A DNA stretch of 61,978 nt from an uncultured virus (IMG/VR IMGVR_UViG_3300020435_000116) (IMGVR_UViG_3300020435_000116:62001-123978), one strand, 5' to 3'; shown: positions 27,767-38,538, numbered from the stretch's first letter. Notes: a model not told the origin generated them from the sequence alone. A program made the numbers and translations.

Positions 27767-30658
27767 ATGTCGACGCTTAATAACGTAATGTCTAAACTGG
27801 GTCGTTTTCGTTTTGATCCAGGTAACATTCAGCGCACCACGCTAGATGCGCTTGAAGAGGCGTATGATGGCACTTACGATCTAACTGACCCTACCAATCC
27901 GTTTATCTTTCTGTTAGAAGCCTCCGCCGTACAAGCCGCCTCTGCAGGTATTCAAAATGATATTGCTTTACGTAAGCTGTATCCTACTTTAGCTGAGACT
28001 GAAGAAGACCTTTATCGCCATATGGCTGATGAAGATTACATTGGACGTTTTGCTCTTCCCTCGACCGCTACCTTTAGCTTGTTATTTAGTAAGGAAGAGA
28101 TTGTCTCTCAAGCAGTAGTAGATGGTAATACTGGTTTAAGGAAGATTACTATTCCGCGTAATACCGTGTTTGTTGTATCTGAAACGTATTTTGGATTACA
28201 CTATCCGATTGATATTCGTGTATTGGAAAACAACGCAGTACAGGTACTCTACGATACGTCGGAAGAAAACCCACTGCAGACATTGACCACTAACGTAGTT
28301 GACAGCGAGATTGTTAATATTAGCGGAGTAGATTACTTACGTATTGATGCTCAAGTGTTCCAATTCCGCCTGACACCGAAATACTTTGCTACTACCGTCT
28401 CTACTGGATTAAGTCAGCGTTATACGTTTAATGGTCAGTTTTATCATGCGCGTGTTTGGATGGGTGACGGTCAAGGTAATTATACTGAGATCCACACAAC
28501 GCATTCAGATCAAGTATTTGCCAGTGATACGGTCACTGCATTATTAACAGTAGCGGATCAGTCATTAACGGTGACAATCCCTGAGATCTATTACACCAGC
28601 GCTTTGCTGCAATCTAATATCCGGGTTGATATCTATACTACGGAAGGTGAACTTAGCCTTATTCTGGACAACTTCCCAACAAGCGAATATGCGGTAGAGT
28701 GGCGTGACATTGACAATATTGCTAACGCACCTTGGGTGGCACCGCTTAGCTCGCTGGCTAATATCTCTATCTTCTCAGAAGACACAACACGAAATGGTAG
28801 AGGCTCGCTAACCATTGATGAACTTAAACAGCGTGTCATTTATAATGACAATCGTCAAGACGTTCCTATTACTGATACTGCGCTAACCACAACGTTAAGT
28901 GATTTGGGGTATAAAGTCGTTAAGCGTCTAGATAATGTTACAGATAGAATCTACCAGGCCACTCGTCTACTTCCGTCACCGAATCTGTCATCGCTTACTT
29001 CACCTATTGGTGCATTGACGCGGACCATGCAGGTTAACATGCAGGCGTTGGCTGAGTTGGATACCTGTTATGATAATATCAACAGACTAACCATTGGACC
29101 TGATACGCTATATCGCTTAGACGATGGGTTGTTACGCTATCTGCCCTCAGACGAGCAGGCAATCTACGAGTCATTAGCATCAGACTCATTGATATCAGCC
29201 ATGAACAACAATACGTTCTTGTACACGCCGTTTCACTATGTGTTAGACACCACTGAGAATGCGTTTGATTGCAGGCCGTATTACTTAGATAACCCATCTA
29301 TTGTTACTCGTCGTTTCTACGAAGATAACAACCTTATTACACAACAAGCGTCAACCTACGCGTTGTCTTTTGAACGTGTTAAGGAAGGGTATCGTTTATT
29401 GGTAACCGTAGATGTACGTGATCTAGGTGATGATATTGACATTAGTCAACTTGTCTTACAGTTAGGCTTTAACCCACCGGGCGATGTCAACTTAAGTGTA
29501 CAACATGGTCGCTATGAGGGGCTGGTAGACGATCGTCCTGTGTATTCTTTTATGCTAACCACTAACTTTGATGTAACCGTTGAAGATAGAATAGCCATGA
29601 CTGGATTTAAACAGTACGAAGAAGATCTACAGGTTTACTACATTGATCTGGTAAGTGAGTTACGACTAACCTACATTCTGACAGGTACGACACCTACCGC
29701 TCAAGAAGTGAATGCATTCTCAGGTCAAATTAACGTAAATATGCTTGATGGTAATTACGTTGGCTTATTGCAAGAAGGTATTACTTTTAAGTTTGGTACA
29801 GCCATGTCATTGCTGCGCTCAGACTCACGTTCTATTGTCTCATCATTACGCTATGAGACGTATGAAGAGCCAGTCTATGCAAAATACGACCAAGATGTCT
29901 ACGAGGTAGATGAGTATGGGGCTAGAACCTATACCGTGGATGATGAAGGCAATGTGAAGTTTAATCTACTGCACAACAAAGGTGAGTTGGTATTAAAAGA
30001 TGGTAGTCCGATCATCCGCCATCGGGCAGGTGAGACTAAGTTAGATAATAACGGCAACCCCATCATTGATAATGAACGTGCTATTAATAACGTCATTACG
30101 CTAGTATGCTTTGACGCTAAGTATCGCTTTGCAACAGCTAGCGATGTAGTAACTTATCGCGACAGCATTCCTGATACTATTATTAAGTATTTGGAAGAAG
30201 ACATCGCTAGTTTAGATGATTTGCTGCTTGAACGTACAGATATTAGCTTTGCACCACGTCAGACGCTAGGTGATTTAACTATCACAGTGAGTGATGGGAT
30301 AAAACAGACTATTCCAGCCGCTCAGAGCTTTGTGGTGACGTACTACATGACAGCAGATGGCAGTGGGAACAGTGATCTAAGAAATGCCATCGAGCGCCAG
30401 ACACGTACGCTGATAGCTGAAGCTTTAGACAATGACACGGTAACTACCTTAGGTATTGAACGTGCACTTCTAACTGCAGGCGGTTCTGAGGTTGTATCAG
30501 TCGCCATCGATGGTTTAGGTCCTGATAATAACATCGATGCGTATACAGTGTTAGATGCTAACGGTATCAGCACTATTGCAAATCGTTTGTCATTATCAAC
30601 GGATGGTACGCTGACGGTGGTGGATGACATCACTATCAACTTTATCTTACATCAATAA
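27767..30658 (+). CDS. Large virion structural protein (phiKZ gp87-like, probable baseplate wedge)
   Basis: DPTNPFIFLLE and LYRHM.D motifs; 963 aa; synteny. Confidence 0.75.
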   Translation: MSTLNNVMSKLGRFRFDPGNIQRTTLDALEEAYDGTYDLTDPTNPFIFLLEASAVQAASAGIQNDIALRKLYPTLAETEEDLYRHMADEDYIGRFALPSTATFSLLFSKEEIVSQAVVDGNTGLRKITIPRNTVFVVSETYFGLHYPIDIRVLENNAVQVLYDTSEENPLQTLTTNVVDSEIVNISGVDYLRIDAQVFQFRLTPKYFATTVSTGLSQRYTFNGQFYHARVWMGDGQGNYTEIHTTHSDQVFASDTVTALLTVADQSLTVTIPEIYYTSALLQSNIRVDIYTTEGELSLILDNFPTSEYAVEWRDIDNIANAPWVAPLSSLANISIFSEDTTRNGRGSLTIDELKQRVIYNDNRQDVPITDTALTTTLSDLGYKVVKRLDNVTDRIYQATRLLPSPNLSSLTSPIGALTRTMQVNMQALAELDTCYDNINRLTIGPDTLYRLDDGLLRYLPSDEQAIYESLASDSLISAMNNNTFLYTPFHYVLDTTENAFDCRPYYLDNPSIVTRRFYEDNNLITQQASTYALSFERVKEGYRLLVTVDVRDLGDDIDISQLVLQLGFNPPGDVNLSVQHGRYEGLVDDRPVYSFMLTTNFDVTVEDRIAMTGFKQYEEDLQVYYIDLVSELRLTYILTGTTPTAQEVNAFSGQINVNMLDGNYVGLLQEGITFKFGTAMSLLRSDSRSIVSSLRYETYEEPVYAKYDQDVYEVDEYGARTYTVDDEGNVKFNLLHNKGELVLKDGSPIIRHRAGETKLDNNGNPIIDNERAINNVITLVCFDAKYRFATASDVVTYRDSIPDTIIKYLEEDIASLDDLLLERTDISFAPRQTLGDLTITVSDGIKQTIPAAQSFVVTYYMTADGSGNSDLRNAIERQTRTLIAEALDNDTVTTLGIERALLTAGGSEVVSVAIDGLGPDNNIDAYTVLDANGISTIANRLSLSTDGTLTVVDDITINFILHQ

Positions 30659-30659
30659 T

Positions 30660-30711
30660 ACGGCATAAGCTAACCACCTAGCCGTGAGGCCGGGTGGTTA
30701 GGCTTTTATGC
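30660..30711. terminator. Bidirectional terminator; exact inverted copy of 2791-2842
   Basis: 52/52 identity by manual comparison; lies between convergent genes. Confidence 0.85.
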
Positions 30712-30714
30712 TGT

Positions 30715-31986
30715 CTAAGTGGCCATTTTGTAAAGTTCTTTTACAGTGAGTAGTTCACCGTAGAGTTTACTTTCAAACTGTTGCTGAGCATGTGTAAAGC
30801 GTGTTAACGCATTAACCACAACAGCGCATGTAGTAACGATCTGGGTATTGAAACGACTGCGGTTTCTGAAATACTCTAGATAGATATTCACTGACTGTTG
30901 TACTTTCTCTCTGACCTCAGGTGACCATCCACGCTCAACTAATGTAAAGGTGGATTTATGGATACCATTGATACCTTTGTCTAGCTTCTTGATTTGTTTT
31001 TCAAAATCACCAAACGCAGAAAGTTGCTCAAGGTCGTAGCGACTACGCACCATGCGTTTAAAAATAGGGTCAGTTGCCGCTTCACCCTCGTAACGCATTT
31101 TATCTTCTTGATTTAACAAGGTGATAACCGGACCCAAACCATGACCCATTAGATTAGGTAAGTCTTTATGTAGATCTTTATCTTGATCTACCAAAGCTGC
31201 TAATGGTTTAATATCATGGAAATGTTCACGCTCTTCTTCATTACGTAGCCAGCTTACTAACTCTTGCAAAGTCGCATCAGTTGGATCGTCATTAAAGTTA
31301 TTAACAACTTCTACAAACTGCTCGTAACGCGCATTAGTGCTCTTAGCATCTTGTAAGGCGGCAATGATGTTTTGTTGAATGATACCTGGTGTCAAGTTTT
31401 GCTCAAACACACGAACTACTAGAGGAGACAATGCTTCTTTAATAATGTCGTAATGTAAAGTGAGCTTGTATTCACCATCGTCAAATTCAACACGGTCGTT
31501 TAACTGGTAGCTACCGTCTTCCGGCTTATAGCCTTCAATGGCTTCACCGTCTAACTCCGCACCCATCTCATTGCTTTTGGCTTGTAACTCATCAGCACGC
31601 TTTTGACCTTTGACTACCCTGGCTACTTTATCAAATAGTTTAGAGATAGCCTCAAGAACGGCGTTATAAAGTTTAACAATAAATTCAATGACAGCCTTCG
31701 CTGCTTTGTTCACCGCCTTTAAAGCAGCCTGTACGGCGCTCTCAAGCGCAACTGCTAAGTTGGTAGGTGATGGGTCCTGTGTAAAGCTTTCACGTGGGTA
31801 ACGTTCAGGGAGGGCCTCTGGATCGATAGACTCAATCATGATGGCTATCTCTTGAGACGCTCCTTCCTTGTTTAGTCTGTTTGTTATTTCTTTTAACAAA
31901 CAAATACCTTCCACCGCTTGTTGTGTAAGACTCGTAACAACACGTTCGTCATCTATTAGCGCATGATCGTCTAAAGGTACTAACAT
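30715..31986 (-). CDS. Head protein with propeptide (gp86 position)
   Basis: SFTQDPSPTNLAVALES cleavage region followed by an amphipathic helix. Confidence 0.65.
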   Translation of the reverse strand: MLVPLDDHALIDDERVVTSLTQQAVEGICLLKEITNRLNKEGASQEIAIMIESIDPEALPERYPRESFTQDPSPTNLAVALESAVQAALKAVNKAAKAVIEFIVKLYNAVLEAISKLFDKVARVVKGQKRADELQAKSNEMGAELDGEAIEGYKPEDGSYQLNDRVEFDDGEYKLTLHYDIIKEALSPLVVRVFEQNLTPGIIQQNIIAALQDAKSTNARYEQFVEVVNNFNDDPTDATLQELVSWLRNEEEREHFHDIKPLAALVDQDKDLHKDLPNLMGHGLGPVITLLNQEDKMRYEGEAATDPIFKRMVRSRYDLEQLSAFGDFEKQIKKLDKGINGIHKSTFTLVERGWSPEVREKVQQSVNIYLEYFRNRSRFNTQIVTTCAVVVNALTRFTHAQQQFESKLYGELLTVKELYKMAT

Positions 31987-31989
31987 AGT

Positions 31990-32430
31990 TTACTCCGCTT
32001 GGGTGAAGTTTGCCAGCGTTGAACCAAGACGTACGGCGAAGGTATTCCACTTCTCTTTGTATTCAACGTCGCTGAACGTTTTGCTACTATGCATTGACAT
32101 CAACGTTTCAAGTGATAAAGAACGAGGATGGAACACTAGGTTATAGCGCGTTGTCCAGATTTTAAATGCCAGATCACTTGCCGCCGCCACATCGATAACA
32201 AACTGTTCATTAAGCGATGATAGGAATTCATCCACTTCATGTTTGTAGGTTTCAAGGAAGTACGTACGTGTGTTATGTACTTCACTAGTAGGCAGTTCAC
32301 ACTCGTAGCCTACATATCGAGCAATACCTAGCGTCATTACCGCCTTACGCTCTTGTGGTGCAATTGAACAACCGTTGAATAGTTGCGTAAATTCACCAAT
32401 TAGCATGGCGGACTTCTTTAATTGTTTCAT
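31990..32430 (-). CDS. Virion-region protein (gp85 position)
   Basis: 146-aa ORF; synteny. Confidence 0.65.
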   Translation of the reverse strand: MKQLKKSAMLIGEFTQLFNGCSIAPQERKAVMTLGIARYVGYECELPTSEVHNTRTYFLETYKHEVDEFLSSLNEQFVIDVAAASDLAFKIWTTRYNLVFHPRSLSLETLMSMHSSKTFSDVEYKEKWNTFAVRLGSTLANFTQAE

Positions 32431-32440
32431 GTTGGGGTCC

Positions 32441-33742
32441 TTAGACGTTTACTTGTTTAAGCTCGACGGCTTTAATGAATAGATCGTTAGCCAGCATCGC
32501 TTCTAGATCCTGCTGGAACAGTTTAGAACGGCTAGCCGCTTTCTTACTAGGGATAAGGTGGTTCATGATGAACATTGCAAAAGATGGATGCTCGTTTACC
32601 TGCTCGATGGCTTGGTCGATCTGGGCGATGTCTGCCGTGATAGACTTAGCGATAGTATCATCTTTAACTTTCTTAAGACCATCTACTAGCTGATGGCGTA
32701 TGCGCTTATAGCGCTGTGGCAATTCATCATATTCCTGTACGCCAGTTAAAGCAACTAACGTTCTAACGGCTAGGAATAATGTTAGGATGGGCAGGCCAAC
32801 AATAGGTAAGACCATAGCAGTGACTAGCATGGTAGAATACACGCCTATTTTGACAAACACCTGGGTGCGGGTTGCTAGAAAGCTAGGGTTACCGCTAACA
32901 CGTGAAACTTTGTCAAGACCTGTAACCAACGCTAATGCAAGACCATGTCGAGCGGCGTATTGATCAGCAAGTGATTCAGCACCAGTGGTATCGTATTCAC
33001 TATAACTGATTTCTTGACGTGTGCTTTTATCTATGCGATCAACCAGCGTAATGGCTACTGCTTTTCGATCATTCAAATCAGCTAACTCGTCCAGGTTGCC
33101 TAAATCTAACCCGGCAATTGATTCAACGTCTTTATATAGCTGAATGCGTTGTTTTCTATCGCTGCTGGTATCCAATTGTTCAAGTGTACCACGAATGATG
33201 TAGTTAGTTGACGTTGTCTTTGCTATCATCTCGTAGTAAGTGAAGACATGACCTATCTCGTGAAATACATAAGCGGCAAGTTCTTCATCGTTAAGCGCGA
33301 CCAAAGGGTGTTTAAATAACTCTAACCCTAAGTGAAGGGTTTGGGTGGTTTCTGAGAATACACCTGAAACATGACCTCGATTAAGATCAACTTCACCCAT
33401 AGGGGCTTTATTAGATGCTTTAATAAGTTCTAAGCCTTTCTTATTCATCCATGGTCCACGACGCCATTCATTTACAATCGGGTTGTTAGCGCTTAAGTCA
33501 GGCAGGTTAATAAATGCATTTAAACCTTCAACAAACTTAACACCTATGTTTAAGCCTTCGTTACCCTTACCGGTGTGGGTTTTGATGATCTTAGTTAACT
33601 GGGTATCAACGTCACCTACCTTAGGTAAAGTACCTGCACGTAGGGTGTTAATGTGTTTAATAACAGCAGCCTTAAAGACGCCGTTAAACTGATGGTCGAT
33701 TGCCTCGTTTGAGACATTAAAAAACTGGGATAAGCGATTCAT
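32441..33742 (-). CDS. Virion protein with a zincin HExxH motif and a transmembrane hairpin (phiKZ gp84-like)
   Basis: ELAAYVFHEIGH, ESLADQYAARHG, long hydrophobic stretch, SNE site at the N-terminus. Confidence 0.75.
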   Translation of the reverse strand: MNRLSQFFNVSNEAIDHQFNGVFKAAVIKHINTLRAGTLPKVGDVDTQLTKIIKTHTGKGNEGLNIGVKFVEGLNAFINLPDLSANNPIVNEWRRGPWMNKKGLELIKASNKAPMGEVDLNRGHVSGVFSETTQTLHLGLELFKHPLVALNDEELAAYVFHEIGHVFTYYEMIAKTTSTNYIIRGTLEQLDTSSDRKQRIQLYKDVESIAGLDLGNLDELADLNDRKAVAITLVDRIDKSTRQEISYSEYDTTGAESLADQYAARHGLALALVTGLDKVSRVSGNPSFLATRTQVFVKIGVYSTMLVTAMVLPIVGLPILTLFLAVRTLVALTGVQEYDELPQRYKRIRHQLVDGLKKVKDDTIAKSITADIAQIDQAIEQVNEHPSFAMFIMNHLIPSKKAASRSKLFQQDLEAMLANDLFIKAVELKQVNV

Positions 33743-33743
33743 G

Positions 33744-35123
33744 TTATTTACTCTCTAATAGCGTGCTTTCGTCAAGATCATCTTCATAGCGAGTTGAAGA
33801 TAGCTCAACATATTTAATTATGCTTCGACAAGTTTTAACGGTATAACGGACAACGTCTAGAGTAACAGCGCCGCTAAGGCCATATACTTCTCGACTTATA
33901 CCAGATATATGTCTAAATACATCTTGCGCGGTAATGGCATTATCTTCATCGTCAATTTTATCGTAAATGTCTTTTGACAATTTATCGACAGCGTCAAACA
34001 TTTTCTCTGACGATTTCAAAGAACGTTTAGTGTAATAGTCGTTGAAATAAATGACATCGTCTAATTTTGAAGACACAAAGTTACAAAGGTCGGTCATCTC
34101 AGCAATAGTCAATACAGGGAGCTTGTTTTCTTTAAACTTAATCCCGGGATTTATCAAAGATAAACTACCTAAACGCCCTAAGAAATTTAACGCACCGCTA
34201 TCAACTTTTATTTTCTCATGCTTGCCCATAAAGCGACTTGACAGGACATAAAACGCCTTATTACCCGGCAATGTCTCAGTCGAATGAATCTGACGTGCGC
34301 TATCAGCGAACTCAAATAAATCTGAAACAATGGGGGTGGTTGGAAACAAGTTATTCATAATTCTATCTTTGATAGGTAAGTCTTTCTTCGATAAAACAAT
34401 CCCACCTAAAACCTGACTGACCTTTTTCTTGACCCTATAGGAGTCAGTAGAGACAGAGTCTTCTTTGATATTAGTGACGTCTACACCAGCCATCCCCTCT
34501 ACCATTGCAGTAATAGCCTCTACATTTGCTACCATTTGCTTACTGAACAGTGGGGTAACTAGCGATAATCGGTCTTTAATCAATACTGGGCTAATCTCTC
34601 CATCAATATCTAACGCGCCCGAAACTAAAGGTGCGGTGATATCTTTTTTGTCTTTTGGTATCTTGGCAAGGGTAGTGATCTTACCGCTAAGCATATCGAC
34701 GTGTTGTTTAAACTTTTCTGTTCCATCAAAAAGTACCTTTAGCCAGATCTTGACCTGTCTGACACCCTTGCGTATAGCTCCGATTATAGCCCGCCATACT
34801 CGACGTATGGTTTCTTTTATATCCTCTACTACACCCTTGGCCTCCAGACCAACCTCGCCTACTACGGCGTTTACACCTGCCAACACTACATCGTCAATCT
34901 CATTTACAGGGAGAGACTCGTTAATGGATTCAAGACCTGCAGCGATATCTACTAGCCTCTCAATATCAAACTGGCTATCTTCCACACCCATATATGCAAC
35001 TTCTGCATTGGTGAATGCTGCCTCTGATAGTAGCGACAATACCTCGCCCTTAGATGGGGACTCAACGGCAACGTTAGATTGCTCGTTTAATAAATTATCT
35101 AATAATACTTTTCTCACGGTCAA
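33744..35123 (-). CDS. Internal head protein paralog (gp83/gp93 family)
   Basis: AVE/GVE/GLE sites followed by IKETIRRVWRAI. Confidence 0.72.
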   Translation of the reverse strand: MTVRKVLLDNLLNEQSNVAVESPSKGEVLSLLSEAAFTNAEVAYMGVEDSQFDIERLVDIAAGLESINESLPVNEIDDVVLAGVNAVVGEVGLEAKGVVEDIKETIRRVWRAIIGAIRKGVRQVKIWLKVLFDGTEKFKQHVDMLSGKITTLAKIPKDKKDITAPLVSGALDIDGEISPVLIKDRLSLVTPLFSKQMVANVEAITAMVEGMAGVDVTNIKEDSVSTDSYRVKKKVSQVLGGIVLSKKDLPIKDRIMNNLFPTTPIVSDLFEFADSARQIHSTETLPGNKAFYVLSSRFMGKHEKIKVDSGALNFLGRLGSLSLINPGIKFKENKLPVLTIAEMTDLCNFVSSKLDDVIYFNDYYTKRSLKSSEKMFDAVDKLSKDIYDKIDDEDNAITAQDVFRHISGISREVYGLSGAVTLDVVRYTVKTCRSIIKYVELSSTRYEDDLDESTLLESK

Positions 35124-35165
35124 TCCTATATTTTATTAATAACACGTCATAGAAATAGTATAGCC

Positions 35166-37103
35166 GTGTTAATTAAGGAGCCTTCACCCATGGGTATAAC
35201 AAAAGACGATATTGCTGGAATTGAGTGTATTCACGCTAATTATTTTGTTAATCAACACACACGTCGCGATGACTTGGTGTTAGTAAAAGAACGTGTACAT
35301 TTAAAAGATGGCAGACGCATATCGCGCATGGTACCGAAGATTAATGTAAAGAAAGCCTTCTATATTACACGAGAGGGCTATCAGACACATCACGAGAAAA
35401 AAGAATGGGAAGAGCGTAACCGTGTCCAGCGTTACGAGTCTACTCAAGTACTGCTAGCTGATAAAGTCGCGATGGCGTTGGGTAGAACGCCAGGTATGGG
35501 ACATCTGGGTATGTTGAACCAAAGCCCGTATGTTTACGGTACGGATATCATGCCTACTGTGTTAGTAAAACACAAATACATGAAAGACTACCCAGAGTAT
35601 AACGATGCGCGTTATGACGCTGACAACGCGGTACTGGATTTAGAAACCAATACTGTTTTTGATCATCTACATCCAGATGACAAAGCCATGTGTCTTAAGT
35701 ATGACGATAAGATAGGTGAAGTACAGCGTCGTATGGATTTCATGCGTATGCAGCTTGAAGAAGCTAATAAAGATAAGAAAGGGGCTAAGCAGGCCAAACG
35801 TATCAGCGAGCAGTTAAAACTAGCACGTGATGAAATTGTTAGCTTACAGGCAGAGCGCAAACCTTACGAACAGCCTATTATATCTGGTTCATTAACCATG
35901 AAAGATAAAGTGTTCATTGCAGTGACTAAACGCTTCGCTGACAGAATACAAGGAGATGCGGTTTCTATCGTGGACGGGTTGTTTGATCTTTATTTGGAAA
36001 AATATAAGAAAGAACGCAACATCAAGTTAGAAATTGAAGTTGTTGATAATGACTTTGGTGTAACAAAAGCGCTATTAGATAGGGCACATGCGTGGCGTCC
36101 TGATTTTATCTTAATATGGAACATGAACTTTGATATTCCAAAGATGATAGAGTCGTGCAAGCGTCACAATCAAGATCCTGCATACGTCTTCAGTGATCCT
36201 AAGATCCCACCTGAGTACAAATACTTTAAGTATAAAGAAGGGCAATTACAGAAGACCAAGGCGGATGGTAAGACCTACTCGCAGCACGTTGCAGATTTAT
36301 GGCATAGCGTCATAGCACCTGCTAGCTTTTACTTTATTGACTCTATGTGTCTTTATAAGAAACTACGTGTAACCGAAGCCCAACAACCATCTTATAGCTT
36401 AGATGCTATCTTAGGTAGGCATCTGAACTTATCTAAATTGAAGTTTGAAGAAGCTGATGCATACAAAGGTTTAGAATGGCATCAATTCATGCAGACTAAC
36501 TACCCTGCTGAATACCTTATCTATAACGCCTTTGACTGCATTGCCGTTGAGTTGCTAGATGAGGACCAGACTGATATTAAGAAGATGCGCATCTTGCTAG
36601 GTCACTCTGATATTATTAAGTTTCCTTCTACTCCTAGACGTTTGGCTGATGATTTACATTTCGTCTGTGAAGAAGAAGAGAACAAGGTAATGGGTTCAAC
36701 GAGTAATGAGATGGTAGCTGAGGTAGATCATCTACTACCCTCACTACAAGGATGGATCTGTACCCTACCTAGTCATTTGATTCACAAGCGTGGTCTTAAC
36801 CTTATAGAAGAAGACCCGTCCATTGAAACAGGGTTATCTGTTGCAGTATCTGACTTAGACGTTGCAGCAGGTTATCCAAACATCGGCATCATTACTAACG
36901 CCTCACGTGAGACTACTATCTTAGAGTTTTGTCGTATACAAGGTAAGAGTGAAGATGTATATAGACGTGCTGCTATTAACATGACGGCTGCTCAGACTAA
37001 TGCAGTAGAGGTGTGTAGGGAAGTGTTATCCATGCCGAGTATGAATACGCTACTTGCTGAATTTACCAAAGAGAAAGGGATTGAACATCCTGTAAACAGA
37101 TAA
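35166..37103 (+). CDS. Split family-B DNA polymerase, exonuclease-containing subunit (phiKZ gp82-like)
   Basis: ExoI VLDLET, ExoII WNMNFD, YSLDAIL, ExoIII YNAFDC, and motif A DLDVAAGYP. Confidence 0.85.
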   Translation: MLIKEPSPMGITKDDIAGIECIHANYFVNQHTRRDDLVLVKERVHLKDGRRISRMVPKINVKKAFYITREGYQTHHEKKEWEERNRVQRYESTQVLLADKVAMALGRTPGMGHLGMLNQSPYVYGTDIMPTVLVKHKYMKDYPEYNDARYDADNAVLDLETNTVFDHLHPDDKAMCLKYDDKIGEVQRRMDFMRMQLEEANKDKKGAKQAKRISEQLKLARDEIVSLQAERKPYEQPIISGSLTMKDKVFIAVTKRFADRIQGDAVSIVDGLFDLYLEKYKKERNIKLEIEVVDNDFGVTKALLDRAHAWRPDFILIWNMNFDIPKMIESCKRHNQDPAYVFSDPKIPPEYKYFKYKEGQLQKTKADGKTYSQHVADLWHSVIAPASFYFIDSMCLYKKLRVTEAQQPSYSLDAILGRHLNLSKLKFEEADAYKGLEWHQFMQTNYPAEYLIYNAFDCIAVELLDEDQTDIKKMRILLGHSDIIKFPSTPRRLADDLHFVCEEEENKVMGSTSNEMVAEVDHLLPSLQGWICTLPSHLIHKRGLNLIEEDPSIETGLSVAVSDLDVAAGYPNIGIITNASRETTILEFCRIQGKSEDVYRRAAINMTAAQTNAVEVCREVLSMPSMNTLLAEFTKEKGIEHPVNR

Positions 37104-37163
37104 AAAAAGAAAGGGCATAGCCTACCTCTACCTATCGCGGGTAGAGGTAGGGTTTTTATGCGT
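37104..37163. terminator. Bidirectional terminator
   Basis: CCTACCTCTACC/GGTAGAGGTAGG stem flanked by T/A tracts and TATGC on both strands. Confidence 0.85.
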
Positions 37164-37167
37164 TACT

Positions 37168-37449
37168 TTAATTTGTATCTTTTACACTAGTGAAGATGTA
37201 TTCAACACAAGCTTCTTTAATGGCAGGTGCCATCCAATCGGGGACAACCATGAATACACCGTTTCCAAATAACTTTGGATATCCAGGACCATCGGCCTCG
37301 CCGTTCCACCGCACGCCCATTGTCTTAGACCAGTTACCGTCATCGTGACGATACTCACCTTCTACCACGCTAAAATTATCGTCATCAAAGACGACAGTGG
37401 CATTTCTCCAACGCTTAGCGCGTTCTACTACTTCTTTTGCTGATGGCAT
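37168..37449 (-). CDS. Conserved hypothetical protein
   Basis: GVRWNG..GYP motif; RBS GAGG. Confidence 0.75.
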   Translation of the reverse strand: MPSAKEVVERAKRWRNATVVFDDDNFSVVEGEYRHDDGNWSKTMGVRWNGEADGPGYPKLFGNGVFMVVPDWMAPAIKEACVEYIFTSVKDTN

Positions 37450-37493
37450 ATTATAGATTCCTCAAATATATACACATGGTTACAAAAAGGTTA

Positions 37494-37982
37494 TTAGTCT
37501 AGTGGGATGATTACCGTAATAGCATCATCAGGTATATCCCAACTACCAAAAACCAGGGTTTCTCCGGTATTAGGTATAAGATCAGCACCTGTTATCTCAT
37601 AATAGCTATTGAAGGTATCAATAACGAGTTCTCTACCTTCAACCCACCCATAGCCTATTGTTAGCATCAGGGACGTAAAGTCAGAATTATAAAGCCCTAT
37701 TACACCTTTTACAAATGATAACAACTCTTTATCAGTGAGATCGGTTTTGTCTTTCATTAAAGCTGCTATATCCAGACAGTCTAAAGCTGAAAGCTTAAAG
37801 GGCTTGGTAGTTTTCTTATCGATGGATCTTTCATAGACGCAATGGATAAAGAACGGAACCGGACTGGCTAGGTTATCGTGAAGTGATCCTAGGTCCATTG
37901 CCAGCTCTTTCTTTCTACCGACGTTACTTACCTCATCGGGGTTATGGTTTTTTCCCGTAATGTCAACTATGTGGTTATCCAT
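37494..37982 (-). CDS. Hypothetical protein
   Basis: 162-aa ORF with RBS AAGGA. Confidence 0.75.
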   Translation of the reverse strand: MDNHIVDITGKNHNPDEVSNVGRKKELAMDLGSLHDNLASPVPFFIHCVYERSIDKKTTKPFKLSALDCLDIAALMKDKTDLTDKELLSFVKGVIGLYNSDFTSLMLTIGYGWVEGRELVIDTFNSYYEITGADLIPNTGETLVFGSWDIPDDAITVIIPLD

Positions 37983-37997
37983 TAACAGTCCTTCGAT

Positions 37998-38375
37998 TTA
38001 TTGATTAAAAGATAATGCATGGATAATAGATTCACATGCTTGTTGCTCGCCAATCCCCTCATCCACCGCTTGGACAATGCGATCAATTAACTGCTGTTCG
38101 ATATCAGACATATAACCCGCGCGTTCAGTGACAGCGCCAGGCTGATTACCTAACTCGATTAACCCACGTTTAAGGATACAAGTATAGCGGTCAAAGAAAG
38201 CAACGGCTAGGGTAGCGTATGGGTGACCTATACTTTGGAAAATAGAGCGTAAACCTTCAAGACGTGTATGTACCATGGAATGGACTTCACCAGCATCAAT
38301 TAACGCCTGGCCAATTTTATATTTAACCCAGTAGTTATTGTGGTATTGATTTAAAACGTCTAGTTTGTTTTTCAT
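37998..38375 (-). CDS. Hypothetical protein (putative early gene)
   Basis: 125-aa ORF directly downstream of an early promoter. Confidence 0.75.
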   Translation of the reverse strand: MKNKLDVLNQYHNNYWVKYKIGQALIDAGEVHSMVHTRLEGLRSIFQSIGHPYATLAVAFFDRYTCILKRGLIELGNQPGAVTERAGYMSDIEQQLIDRIVQAVDEGIGEQQACESIIHALSFNQ

Positions 38376-38435
38376 TAGTTAATTCTCTTATATTAGTTAT
38401 TTAGCGCTACTCAATAAGGGCATTGAGTCACAATA

Positions 38436-38453
38436 GTAATATAGGTCTATAAA
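38436..38453 (-). promoter_or_regulatory. Early (virion RNAP) promoter
   Basis: TTTATA-gacc-TATATTAC, same architecture as 9290-9307. Confidence 0.75.
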
Positions 38454-38470
38454 CTTTTACTATCATCTAG

Positions 38471-38511
38471 ACGGCATAAAACCACGACCAGCCTGGAGGG
38501 ACTGGTCGTGG
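38471..38511 (-). terminator. Hairpin terminator with TTTTATGCCGT tail
   Basis: CCACGACCAG/CTGGTCGTGG stem. Confidence 0.85.
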
Positions 38512-38538
38512 AGTGGGGCGCATGTGCGCAAAGGTTAA

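Noticed and set aside
34465..35139. 224-aa plus-strand ORF, and the many other antisense ORFs (e.g. 16346-16882, 9426-9827, 21558-21887)
   Set aside because: Antisense shadows of well-supported genes, Ser/Thr/Ile-rich, with no RBS or motifs
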